Shown piece by piece: positions 1 to 9,731 of a stretch of 64,000 bases of DNA. This DNA is from a virus (taxonomy: Duplodnaviria > Heunggongvirae > Uroviricota > Caudoviricetes). The translations under genes and the position numbers were made by a program. The DNA lies in the IMG/VR virus record IMGVR_UViG_3300031992_000010; one strand, written 5' to 3'. The notes below the pieces were generated by a model. The model was not told the DNA's origin and did no database searches. It saw nothing but the letters and a program-made list of their open reading frames with translations. How positions within the stretch are numbered: position 1 is the first letter of the stretch; the number at the start of each line of letters is the position of its first letter.

Positions 1-241
1 ATTTGTTATCATTTATGTAACCACAAACGGTACCTGTAATACCGGCAACGGCGTTGTCGAACATGCAATTGCGGGCCTCCGCGATAAAACCATTGACGGT
101 TTTGTATGAGCATTCGTTCACAAGTAAAAATTGTTGATACTTTCTAATTAATGATTGACCGGCGGCCGTTTGAACGTCCTTCGATGCCTCGGTCAAAATG
201 CGGGCGAAATCCAGGTCCGCCAATAGTTTTAATCTTGACAT
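1..241 (-). CDS. hypothetical protein, 5' part only (runs off window)
   Basis: Manual translation from ATG at 241: MSRLKLLADLDFARILTEASKDVQ..., open to window edge; divergent from 335..1048. Confidence 0.6.
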   Translation of the reverse strand, partial: MSRLKLLADLDFARILTEASKDVQTAAGQSLIRKYQQFLLVNECSYKTVNGFIAEARNCMFDNAVAGITGTVCGYINDNK

Positions 242-334
242 AATTTTTTGGTATATTTTTTAATATAATAAATATTTTGGTTTTGTTATTAAATTTTTGT
301 CTACCACTTTATATTTTAGATAAAAAATTTATAT

Positions 335-1048
335 ATGAATATACTTATAATACCGGATGTCCACCAAACAGGGGGATGGAAATATGCCGTGGCAAATTAT
401 TATAATGATTACGACTACATTATACAGGTGGGTGATTGGTTCGATACGCACGATCCAAACTTTGATTGGGAGGCGAACGATCCTATTGCCAACTTCCGGT
501 CGGCATTGAAAACCACGAAGGAATATCCGAAATTTAAAATATGTTTTGGAAACCACGATTTTTCATACCTATTAAAATCCCATTGTAGCAACTTTCAGTG
601 GGATCATTATAAGGAGATACGTGATGTTCTTATGGAGGCCGTGCCGTATGTGAATATAGCATACGAGGTGGATGGGTGGGTAATTTCCCACGCCGGATTT
701 ACCAAAACGTGGATGAAGGATAATGGATTTGAAACCATCGAACAGGTCAACGAGGCATTTCACAAAATGAATTTTGATATATTCCAATTTTGCGGATGGG
801 ACATATATGGCGACGACCCCTCAAATGGACCTTGTTGGGTTCGCCCGGCATCATTATATCGGGATGCATATTTCAAATATCAGGTTGTGGGCCACACACC
901 GGTGGATAATGCACCACTTTACCTCGATTGTAAGGAGGAAATTACGAAGGTTTTGAAACCATCCATCGAAGGCCAAAAAATTATTTTAATTGATAACGAT
1001 AAACACGACATTATTTTTAGTCTCGATACCGTGGAGGATAAAAAATGA
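335..1048 (+). CDS. calcineurin-like metallophosphoesterase
   Basis: Motifs PDVH, GDWFD, GNHD, SHAG, GHT in canonical order. Confidence 0.85.
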   Translation: MNILIIPDVHQTGGWKYAVANYYNDYDYIIQVGDWFDTHDPNFDWEANDPIANFRSALKTTKEYPKFKICFGNHDFSYLLKSHCSNFQWDHYKEIRDVLMEAVPYVNIAYEVDGWVISHAGFTKTWMKDNGFETIEQVNEAFHKMNFDIFQFCGWDIYGDDPSNGPCWVRPASLYRDAYFKYQVVGHTPVDNAPLYLDCKEEITKVLKPSIEGQKIILIDNDKHDIIFSLDTVEDKK

Positions 1049-2727
1049 TTAAAATAACATATAACCCAAAGGATTTAAGATTTATATTTATATTGGGGGA
1101 CAATAGTGATGAATTAATTGAATTGGAAAAACACTTCAATAAAACCCCCTCATATATGTTCCTGCCTTCATTCAGGGGAACGCCTCGTCCGGAGGTGTTT
1201 ATCCATAGGGAGAAAATGAATGGAGGTACCATTTTTTGGACCTACTCCGGGTTATGGAAGAATGTATATGACTGGTGTAAGGATAACAATATACAGGTTA
1301 CCGGTATTGATGATAATTTTAAATATCGGGATTTTAACGTTCCGTTTGGCGACTTTAAAAAGGAGGTGCTTGGATGGAACCTGAACCCAACGCCACGTGA
1401 ATACCAAATTAAATCGGCGTGGTTAATACTTAAATATCGCAGGAGTTTATCACAACTTGCAACCCGTGCGGGTAAAACCCTATTGGCATATATGGTATTT
1501 AGATATTTGTTGGAACATAAAAAGGCCCATAATATTCTTATGATTGTTCCCTCCATTGGTCTTGTTAAACAAGGTGTGGATGATATGAATGGATATGCGC
1601 CGTTTTTTACAAGCGAATCAATATGGGCAAAGGGTGAATATTGTGAGGGGGCAAACCTTACAATCGGTACATTCCAATCGTTGGTAAACAGGCTGGATAA
1701 ACAATCCAAAAAATATAATCCCAAATTTTTTGATAAATTCGACGCCATATGTGTTGACGAGGCACATACCGCCACATGCAAATCCATTAATAATATATTA
1801 AGGCAACCATTTGTCCGGGATGCAACCATACATTTTGGTTTTAGTGGTTCATTGCCACAGGCGGAAACAATCGAATCGTATGGTTGTCAATCAATTATAG
1901 GACCTATGATTCAGGATATCCGGACGAAGGAATTGCAGGATGCGGGTTATATAGCGAAGGCCGAAATACACCAAATACGTATTCCATATACGGAGAAGGA
2001 AACAAAGGATGTATATATTAAATGTGCCGAGTATCTTTGTTCCAATGATGTGAAGGGAGCGGATGGCGAGCCGGAGAAACTCCCCGTGGATCGGCGGGAG
2101 TTTACAATCCAGCACGTTAAGAAACTTCCGCAGGCCTTGAAAAAATTAAAAAAGGTCTACACACCGGAACAATATAGGGATTACCTCATCGATTTGTGTA
2201 AGGCAAATGGGGCAAATTTACTCCTATTGGAACAAATGTTGGTACACCGGAGTAAACGTAGGTTAAAAATAATCGATGGCATTATATCCAAAATAAATAA
2301 AAATGTCATTGTATTTGCCCACCATACGGAGTATATTAATTTATTGGAAAGGCATTTCAAGGAAAATTTCCCCAATAAGCAGGTATATAAAATAAACGGG
2401 GCGACCAACGATAAACGCCGCGATAAAATCAAGGAGGCATTATTAAACACCAATGATGCCATACTTGTGGCAAGTTATAAATGTGTGGGTACCGGGTTGA
2501 CATTTAAGAACCTCGATTATGGTATTTTCGCCCAATCATTTAAATCACAAATTATAAACAAACAATCCCTCGGTAGAGGACTTTGCCTCGCCGAAGGTAA
2601 GGATAAATATGTTTTATATGATATAATTGATTGCCTGCCAACGGGTAAACTAAAACAACAAGGGGATGCGAAGGTGCGGTTATTCAAGGATGAGGAGATC
2701 CCAATCGATGTCACATATATGAAATAA
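1045..2727 (+). CDS. uvsW: SF2 DNA helicase, T4 UvsW-like
   Basis: ATRAGKT Walker A, DEAH, GFSGS, GTGL, QSLGRGL; size and T4-like context. Confidence 0.85.
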   Translation: MIKITYNPKDLRFIFILGDNSDELIELEKHFNKTPSYMFLPSFRGTPRPEVFIHREKMNGGTIFWTYSGLWKNVYDWCKDNNIQVTGIDDNFKYRDFNVPFGDFKKEVLGWNLNPTPREYQIKSAWLILKYRRSLSQLATRAGKTLLAYMVFRYLLEHKKAHNILMIVPSIGLVKQGVDDMNGYAPFFTSESIWAKGEYCEGANLTIGTFQSLVNRLDKQSKKYNPKFFDKFDAICVDEAHTATCKSINNILRQPFVRDATIHFGFSGSLPQAETIESYGCQSIIGPMIQDIRTKELQDAGYIAKAEIHQIRIPYTEKETKDVYIKCAEYLCSNDVKGADGEPEKLPVDRREFTIQHVKKLPQALKKLKKVYTPEQYRDYLIDLCKANGANLLLLEQMLVHRSKRRLKIIDGIISKINKNVIVFAHHTEYINLLERHFKENFPNKQVYKINGATNDKRRDKIKEALLNTNDAILVASYKCVGTGLTFKNLDYGIFAQSFKSQIINKQSLGRGLCLAEGKDKYVLYDIIDCLPTGKLKQQGDAKVRLFKDEEIPIDVTYMK

Positions 2728-2755
2728 AAATTTATTATATAAAAAAACATCAAAG

Positions 2756-3583
2756 GTGACAAATTTATACGAAAGTTTAATACGATTCTTTGGTCCGCGA
2801 TATGATGGACATATACATACATTTGACCACACCGGCCGGTTAAATATGCAAATACCGGATTATTTTAAGGGTGTGGTTGGCTTTTGCGATATTGATTTTG
2901 ACGCCATTCCGGAGTATGAGGATAGGGGGTTATTACATATATATGATTCGCATATTAAATACCTCAAAAACAATACATTAAAATACAAGGAAATATTATT
3001 GGCAACCGGCATATCACCAAAACAGGCCATTGAGGTATATGAAAAATATCCGGAGGAAATCCGTGGTTTCGGGGAATTAAAGTGTTATGCCACACATACA
3101 AAGGGGGATGAGTTGGTGGCGAATTTACCCTATGCAAATCTCGATTATTGGATGGAATTATTTAATTATAATATTGATAAACGACTACCAATATATATCC
3201 ATTATAATCTATCCACAAGGATACAAAAAAATCGATTTGAAAAATTATTAAAGGAATATACAATGTTCCCGATTATTCTTTGCCATTGCGGGATGAGTTA
3301 TAAAACCGGTGATAATGATGTGGTATTTGATTGGGTTGTTGATATGGCAAAGCAATATAATAATCTTTATCTCGACGTGTCATACGCCGCGATGGATTAT
3401 TTCCTGGCAAATCCAAACAAATTACTTATGTTACCACAAAATCGGACGTTTATTGGTTCGGATATAAACATCAAATACATAAACCTACAAAGGGATCCGC
3501 AGGTATGGTATAATAAATGTCTTAAAATTTATAAATATATACCGACAAGTGATGCCAATATAAAAAAATTATTCAATATATAA
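2756..3583 (+). CDS. amidohydrolase-family (TIM barrel) metallo-hydrolase
   Basis: DGHIH, IYIH, CHCG, LYLDVS, GSD motifs; GTG start; leader MTNLYESL. Confidence 0.7.
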   Translation: MTNLYESLIRFFGPRYDGHIHTFDHTGRLNMQIPDYFKGVVGFCDIDFDAIPEYEDRGLLHIYDSHIKYLKNNTLKYKEILLATGISPKQAIEVYEKYPEEIRGFGELKCYATHTKGDELVANLPYANLDYWMELFNYNIDKRLPIYIHYNLSTRIQKNRFEKLLKEYTMFPIILCHCGMSYKTGDNDVVFDWVVDMAKQYNNLYLDVSYAAMDYFLANPNKLLMLPQNRTFIGSDINIKYINLQRDPQVWYNKCLKIYKYIPTSDANIKKLFNI

Positions 3584-4749
3584 TGGATTCATTAAAAAAC
3601 TTTATAATGGAGAGTTTGGCTGATAATATGATGAAATTGTCACCATCAAATAAACGCAAACTAATTGAACTCGATAAGGAATTTAACCGGTTGGCAAAAC
3701 TCCGTAAGGACGATTACGGTGGCAATGATGTATTGAATGCCGATGCTGAATGGGAAAGGTTTATTGAAGCCAAAAAACACGGGGGAAAATATTTTCCGGT
3801 ATTAAAAGTGAATAAAAATCAATATGATACGGATGATATTATCCCGGACCTAAAAAAGTTATATAATGAATTTGCGGGGTTCCGTGAGTGTTTCCTTTCA
3901 AAATATTATATGGATGTAATTATGTGGATGCTGCATTATTGCCAATTCTTTATTGACAAGGAGAAAAATAAAAAATTAATATACCAGGACAAAACATTGG
4001 ATGAAAAAACATTCGACGAGGCATTAAAAATAATATCCTCCACAAAGGTTACACCAACAGGTGATTTGCATCGGGATAAGGATGCAAAATATGCCGCGGA
4101 TAAAATTAAAAAGGCGTTGGATGAACTGGGTTATGATTGGAAGGTGGTTATTAAAAATAATATGATGCCCCGGATGAGTGTTGACTCTTTTGGAAATATT
4201 AAAATCAGTAAGGATGCCAAGTTTAGTGATGTGGATATCGATAGTTTAATTGCCCACGAGGTAAAGGGACACGTTGCACGCCGTTATTATGGATACCAAA
4301 CAGGTCTATACCTTTTCGTACACGGCCTATATGGACGCAATATCCTTGATGAAGGCCTTGCCATTTGGAATTCATTGAACCTGACCAGGAAACAAAAACC
4401 CAACGTATTATTTACCATAGCGTTAAAATATGTAATTGTATACCTATTCAAAACACGAAATTTTTGCGATGTATATGATTACCTCGATGATTTGATTGAT
4501 AAAAATTATTCAAGAAAAATCCTATTTAAATCGATGATTCGTGCAAAACGGGAAAATAGGGACTGCTCCTTGTTAGGCGGCTTGGCGGACGATGCCGAAT
4601 ATTTTTACGGGTATAAATTGGTAAAACGCATGGATAAAACGGAGAGGGAAAATATATTAAAATATAACGTTGGTGTGGAGCAATTATATGATATTGATAA
4701 TATCAAAAAATTCCTCGATATTAATAAATTTGAACCATTAAAAATATAA
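3583..4749 (+). CDS. DUF1704 / MATCAP-like metallocarboxypeptidase
   Basis: HEVKGH (HExxxH) plus DEGLA motif and C-terminal Y..GY. Confidence 0.75.
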   Translation: MDSLKNFIMESLADNMMKLSPSNKRKLIELDKEFNRLAKLRKDDYGGNDVLNADAEWERFIEAKKHGGKYFPVLKVNKNQYDTDDIIPDLKKLYNEFAGFRECFLSKYYMDVIMWMLHYCQFFIDKEKNKKLIYQDKTLDEKTFDEALKIISSTKVTPTGDLHRDKDAKYAADKIKKALDELGYDWKVVIKNNMMPRMSVDSFGNIKISKDAKFSDVDIDSLIAHEVKGHVARRYYGYQTGLYLFVHGLYGRNILDEGLAIWNSLNLTRKQKPNVLFTIALKYVIVYLFKTRNFCDVYDYLDDLIDKNYSRKILFKSMIRAKRENRDCSLLGGLADDAEYFYGYKLVKRMDKTERENILKYNVGVEQLYDIDNIKKFLDINKFEPLKI

Positions 4750-4804
4750 AAAGTTTAATTTGGGTTATATATTAAATTATTATAAAATAAAATAATTTTT
4801 TGGA

Positions 4805-6142
4805 ATGAAAACAGGTAAATCTATATTTGACTATTGTGTTGATGAGGCCAAGAAGGAAACCGTTCCGGCCGGTAAGGAATTTTATTCGGCAAATGGGGAG
4901 GTTGTTATAGGCGATCCCGACAAACAGGCGAAAAAGGATGCGGAGGATAATGACTCCGATGGTATTTGGGAGGTTGAGGCGCCAACCGATGATGATTTGA
5001 TGGAGGATTTGGATATGGAACATGCCGACCATAACAAACGTAGAATTGTTATGAAATTGAAAACAAAACGTCCATTCTTTATCCAAGGCCGTGCCGGATG
5101 GGGTAAAACAACGGTTATCACAAAATTGGCCAAAAAATTCGGCCGTAGTGTAATTACCGTTTATTTGGATAAGGCGGAGGCAACCGACTTGGGTGGCATC
5201 CCTGTAACCGTTAAGGAAAAGGACGGAAGTGTGAGTTATCGTACCGCCATGCCGGGATGGGCGGCAATTATGGCAAAACACCCGGACCGTCAATATCTTC
5301 TTTTCTTTGATGAGTTAAACCACGCAAGCAATGAGGTACTTCGTTGTTTGATGCCTATCGTTGAAAAACACGTTATTTGTGGTCATAAATATGATAATTA
5401 TATTGTGGCCGCGGCCGGAAACCTTAATTCGGAGGAGGAACTGGAGGAGTTGCCTAACGCTTTGGAATCACGTTTCAAACCTATAATCCAATGGGAAACA
5501 AACACCACCGCAACCTGGAACTCCGCATTTAAGGAAATGCACAAAAAATGGGACAGTAAGGTTGGTGAGGACCTCGTAAATATGGTGGAAAATGTATGTA
5601 TCCTTTTTGAAAATCCACGTGAAATCGAACATAATATTATTGAATTTTGTTATGAGTTGGTTAATGAGGGCGATAATGAATGGATGACGGTTGACGATAT
5701 TAAGGAGCAAATTGAAGGTCTTGTTGCCGAGGAACACGAAGGTATTTCACACTATGAAGGTAAGACGAAGGAGGAGAATATTAATAAACTCGCATCGTAC
5801 GTACACTCATATATCCAATCCGGTGGTAAAAACGCATTCACAAAACCACAGGGTAGAATGGCAAAACAATCAGGGACATCAAAACAAAACGGTACAATTG
5901 ACGCCGAATTGTTGGAGGATATAAAGGACTACCTCGTACAAGGTTTCGTTCGTGATGGTGGAAAACGTTATGGTGTGGCAATTGAAAACATCCAAAAGAT
6001 AGTTGCCAACCCGGATGAAACACCATTAACGGCCGAACAGGTTACCTGGTTGAAAAACAACCTGAAAACATTAGGCATTAAACCAAAATTTCAAACCGTT
6101 GCCGAATTTAAGAAGGCCGGATATTTGGAGGAGGGTGAATAA
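4805..6142 (+). CDS. MoxR-like AAA+ ATPase
   Basis: GRAGWGKT, LFFDELN, AAGN, SRF; upstream of VWA gene. Confidence 0.85.
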   Translation: MKTGKSIFDYCVDEAKKETVPAGKEFYSANGEVVIGDPDKQAKKDAEDNDSDGIWEVEAPTDDDLMEDLDMEHADHNKRRIVMKLKTKRPFFIQGRAGWGKTTVITKLAKKFGRSVITVYLDKAEATDLGGIPVTVKEKDGSVSYRTAMPGWAAIMAKHPDRQYLLFFDELNHASNEVLRCLMPIVEKHVICGHKYDNYIVAAAGNLNSEEELEELPNALESRFKPIIQWETNTTATWNSAFKEMHKKWDSKVGEDLVNMVENVCILFENPREIEHNIIEFCYELVNEGDNEWMTVDDIKEQIEGLVAEEHEGISHYEGKTKEENINKLASYVHSYIQSGGKNAFTKPQGRMAKQSGTSKQNGTIDAELLEDIKDYLVQGFVRDGGKRYGVAIENIQKIVANPDETPLTAEQVTWLKNNLKTLGIKPKFQTVAEFKKAGYLEEGE

Positions 6143-6143
6143 T

Positions 6144-6422
6144 ATGGATATTAATAAGGAAAAAAAGATAATCCAATTCGCGGATGACGGTGAGTTCACA
6201 AAATGGGCCGTCATTCCGTCATTGGTATTAAGATGTACCGGTGAAAATAATGATATATATTATTCGGATTTTAATTTTTCCGACGAATATAAACAATACC
6301 TTTCGGATGGATATAAATTCCAAATAAAGGATAAAAATTCGCAGATATACAAACATCAGGCGGTTACATTTAGAACCATAACAAAAAAAGTTCAAAACCT
6401 AAAAGCATATTATGGACGCTAA
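6144..6422 (+). CDS. hypothetical protein
   Basis: ORF packed between AAA and VWA genes; start moved to MDINKEKK. Confidence 0.6.
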   Translation: MDINKEKKIIQFADDGEFTKWAVIPSLVLRCTGENNDIYYSDFNFSDEYKQYLSDGYKFQIKDKNSQIYKHQAVTFRTITKKVQNLKAYYGR

Positions 6423-8160
6423 TTTTTTCTCCGGGCCGGAAATGCAGGCCTTACGTCATAGTCTTTACTATCAGGTGGATGAAAATACCAACTTCCGTGA
6501 AAAGGTATTGAACCTTATTGATGCGGAATCGTTTAATCCACAGGATGCATATTTCTATGACATGATCCCGGCAATCCGGTTTCTATATAACGACAAAAAA
6601 CACGTCGCCTATACAACACCAAATAAACGTATATGGTTGAATGTACCGCACGAATATAACAAGGTTGATTGGTGGGTATTCATTTATTACCACGAATGTT
6701 TACACCAATTATGGGATACCTTCGGTGTTGAGGATGAAATCCGGAAATCCGGTGTAAAATGTTATCCTAAACTATTAAACCTCGCATCCGATTGTGTTAT
6801 CAACGATTTTCTTGCCAATATACGTAAGAAAAAGGAGCCACCAAATCTAATCAATCCTGAATGGGTTGAGAAGGAGTTTGGTGTGAAATATGACCGCTAT
6901 GTCGACAATCAATTATCCCTATATATGAAAATGCTCCAATCACCCAAAATGAAGGATCAGGAGGAAATTGAAAAGATGATTAAAAAAATGTTGGACGGAA
7001 TGGGTGATGCCAATAGTGATGAGGACGGTGAAGGTGAAAACCAATCCGGACAAGGCGATGACGAAGGACAAAATGGGGGAGGATCAAATGGTAACAATCC
7101 TGCCGATTCCGAAGGAGGTGAAGAAGGCGAAGGTGGAGGTAAAGGAGGGGAAAATACCGCCGGTGGAAAAGGTAAGAGTGGTAAAGGTAGTCACGGAAAC
7201 GAAGGTAAACGTGGTGAAGGGGGACAAGGTAGTGGCGAGGCGGCCGAAATTTCCGATACGGATGCACCCAATGCAGGTGCGCAAGGTGGAGGTAAGATGG
7301 ATAAAAGTAAGAAAACCACCGATGGTTTTAGTTACGATCCAAAATATGACGACCTTGCCGATAAATATATTCAGGATATTTCCAATCAATATAGAAATAG
7401 TCTTTCCGGCCAAGTTGGCGACTTCGTATCGAAATGTAAAGGTTCGGTAAAGGATATTTCCAAATTGAAGGATATGGGCAAGGAGGGTATTACGGCACAC
7501 GTCCACGAAGGTGGTTCCCGAAATTGGAATAAAAAATTCAATATGACGGTTGAACGTTTTATTGCCCAAAGATTCAATAAGGCAAGTCAACAAACCAAAA
7601 AGACGTATATGAAACCACCCCGTAGAGGAGGTATCACACAAATAGGTGCCCCGGTAATGCAGGGTAAAATGCGTATACGCGATGGTATAGTAATATCCAT
7701 GGCATTCTATGTGGATACATCAGGTTCGATGTCGGGTGCCCCAATAGCCAATGTATGTAAGGCCGTAAACAAAATTGCACAGGATGTTGAAGGCAAATAT
7801 AAAAGAAAACTTGCCGGAAAACAAGGTAGTGGATTCAATTTCGAAGCCTGGTCATTCGATGTTTGTTTCCATAAGGAGAAAATGCCGTTAGGCATACCTG
7901 CAAGACAGGCCGATAATATTGACCTTGATGAGTTATTGATTGGTATGCAGGAAAAGACCAAAACAAGTTGGATAAACGTTATCTTTACGGATGCGGGGTT
8001 CCCGGTTGATCCTTCCGTTTGTGTTCCAATTATTAAAAAATTTGAGGGTGTGATTATATATGTTATTAATGGTAATAAATATGAGAGTGAATATAACGAA
8101 ATAGCAAATAAATGTAAGAACTTTATTTACATACAGGCCGATAATGATTTTACGGTATAA
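6412..8160 (+). CDS. metallopeptidase-like (DUF2201-type) plus VWA domain protein
   Basis: YHECLH HExxH, Gly/Glu-rich linker, MIDAS DTSGSMS, FTDAG. Confidence 0.8.
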   Translation: MDANFFSGPEMQALRHSLYYQVDENTNFREKVLNLIDAESFNPQDAYFYDMIPAIRFLYNDKKHVAYTTPNKRIWLNVPHEYNKVDWWVFIYYHECLHQLWDTFGVEDEIRKSGVKCYPKLLNLASDCVINDFLANIRKKKEPPNLINPEWVEKEFGVKYDRYVDNQLSLYMKMLQSPKMKDQEEIEKMIKKMLDGMGDANSDEDGEGENQSGQGDDEGQNGGGSNGNNPADSEGGEEGEGGGKGGENTAGGKGKSGKGSHGNEGKRGEGGQGSGEAAEISDTDAPNAGAQGGGKMDKSKKTTDGFSYDPKYDDLADKYIQDISNQYRNSLSGQVGDFVSKCKGSVKDISKLKDMGKEGITAHVHEGGSRNWNKKFNMTVERFIAQRFNKASQQTKKTYMKPPRRGGITQIGAPVMQGKMRIRDGIVISMAFYVDTSGSMSGAPIANVCKAVNKIAQDVEGKYKRKLAGKQGSGFNFEAWSFDVCFHKEKMPLGIPARQADNIDLDELLIGMQEKTKTSWINVIFTDAGFPVDPSVCVPIIKKFEGVIIYVINGNKYESEYNEIANKCKNFIYIQADNDFTV

Positions 8161-8175
8161 AAAAATATATATTAT

Positions 8176-8382
8176 ATGAAACATATAAAAACAAAAATAA
8201 ATGAGGGTGTAAACCTCCTATATCGTGCGGCAATAAATGGTGTAAAGGACGACACCGGGATGGATATGGTAATAAATATTGAGTTGGGTTCACCTTCGGA
8301 TGTAAAGGCATTCGAAAAATGGATAAATAAAATGGAAGGTGATGTATTCTCCCACGCACAAGGTGGCAATATTGAATATTAA
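8176..8382 (+). CDS. small hypothetical protein
   Basis: Operon position; leader MKHIKTKINEG. Confidence 0.55.
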   Translation: MKHIKTKINEGVNLLYRAAINGVKDDTGMDMVINIELGSPSDVKAFEKWINKMEGDVFSHAQGGNIEY

Positions 8383-8404
8383 TTTTAAAAAAACCATAAT
8401 TATT

Positions 8405-8833
8405 ATGAAGGCAAAAAATATTGAGGAATTTTTCGGTACGCTTTTATATTCAAAAACGGAGGCACATAAAAGTCACCTTGAAACAGGTGTTCATCGTGAC
8501 CATGTAACATTAAATGAATTTTATGACGACATTGTCGACCTTGTCGATTCATTGATCGAGGCATATCAGGGTCTACACGGTAAGGTTGAGGATTACAAAA
8601 ACATATTGGTCACAAATGGACCTGATGCCGTGGGTTATTTTGAGGACCTCCGGGAAATGGTTGCGGATGGACGTGAAAAGTATTGTAAGGAAAGCGATTT
8701 ACAATCAATATGTGATTCCATTTTGGAACTAATTGATTCCACACTTTATAAATTGAAGGAATTTACGGAATCGAAAAAACCATCCAAAATGAGATCATTA
8801 TATGAGGTATTGGAGGAAAATATGAAAAAGTAA
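8405..8833 (+). CDS. ferritin-like four-helix protein (DUF5856-like)
   Basis: H..HL.T...H.TLNEFY...D..IEAYQG pattern; start moved to MKAKNIEE. Confidence 0.6.
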   Translation: MKAKNIEEFFGTLLYSKTEAHKSHLETGVHRDHVTLNEFYDDIVDLVDSLIEAYQGLHGKVEDYKNILVTNGPDAVGYFEDLREMVADGREKYCKESDLQSICDSILELIDSTLYKLKEFTESKKPSKMRSLYEVLEENMKK

Positions 8834-8856
8834 TAAAAATTACGTTCATTTATTTC

Positions 8857-8892
8857 GAGGGGTTTTAATGAAAATTAAAATCCCTTATTTTT
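8857..8892 (+). terminator. intrinsic terminator
   Basis: AGGGGTTTTAAT-GAAA-ATTAAAATCCCT followed by T tract, after 8833. Confidence 0.6.
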
Positions 8893-9006
8893 TGCCGTTT
8901 ATTTAAGCCCTACCGGGAGATTTCCAAAAAATAATATAATTATACATCCCGGAAAAGATCTCCTGTTAAAATCAAAATATTTATTAAAAAAATTTTTATA
9001 TTCCAT

Positions 9007-9035
9007 TAAATTTTTGGGCAAATCCTCATATATTA
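9007..9035 (+). promoter_or_regulatory. bipartite motif TAAATTTTT-N12-ATATATTA
   Basis: Exact motif upstream of 9067. Confidence 0.7.
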
Positions 9036-9066
9036 ATATGTAAGTTTAATTTGAAGGTTCAAGGAT

Positions 9067-9645
9067 ATGGAAATGCAATTCAAAATCACAAAAATTAATC
9101 ACGAGGAGTTAACCGATCTTCTTTCGCTTATGGAAGGTGCGCCCGAAATGCATTTGGGTATGGACGATGAGGTATACGAAAAATACCGTAAGGAAAACGA
9201 TTGTATCGAGGATGTTTGGGCTCGTGCACTACTTGCCGGTGAAAAAATGTATTTTTCGGATGATGCCTGTGACATTGAGGGTATCGAGGATGCAAACGAA
9301 CCGGCACCAGGGGTTGAAATGTCGGCCGCAATAACCGAATATGAGGAATTACGCGGAATGGTTATCGATGGAATGGTTCGTGACCATATTGCGAATAAAA
9401 TTGAAAGTGGTGAATATGTGGTAAAACCGGGATCCGTTATTAACGGTAAATATGTGGAACCGGTTGTTGAAATCATAAAACAAACATCAATCCGTTACTA
9501 CTTCGGTTTGGACGAAATCCTGAAAGGTATGTCGTCATCAAAATGTTCAAGGGATGTACAGGATTTCATTAATGAAAATGGCGATATGTGGACCGGATAT
9601 AACATTTTCCAAACAATTGCGTTTGGGGAACCAATCTACGGATAA
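9067..9645 (+). CDS. hypothetical acidic protein
   Basis: 192 aa ORF between promoter motif and terminator. Confidence 0.7.
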   Translation: MEMQFKITKINHEELTDLLSLMEGAPEMHLGMDDEVYEKYRKENDCIEDVWARALLAGEKMYFSDDACDIEGIEDANEPAPGVEMSAAITEYEELRGMVIDGMVRDHIANKIESGEYVVKPGSVINGKYVEPVVEIIKQTSIRYYFGLDEILKGMSSSKCSRDVQDFINENGDMWTGYNIFQTIAFGEPIYG

Positions 9646-9680
9646 GCCGCACTTTCCTTATCCTTTTAATTTACAAAAGA

Positions 9681-9708
9681 AAAAGGCCTGAAAATTTCAG
9701 GCCTTTTT
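9681..9708. terminator. bidirectional terminator
   Basis: AAAAGGCCTG-AAAATTT-CAGGCCTTTTT between convergent genes. Confidence 0.75.
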
Positions 9709-9731
9709 CAATATTTATATATGGTGTTATA

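Noticed and set aside
1960-2260. Possible intein in the UvsW inter-domain insertion
   Set aside because: No Cys/Ser start with His-Asn end and no LAGLIDADG motifs; too short
6980-7641. Alternative-frame ORFs over the Gly-rich VWA linker
   Set aside because: Shadow ORFs caused by low-complexity GGN/GAN codons
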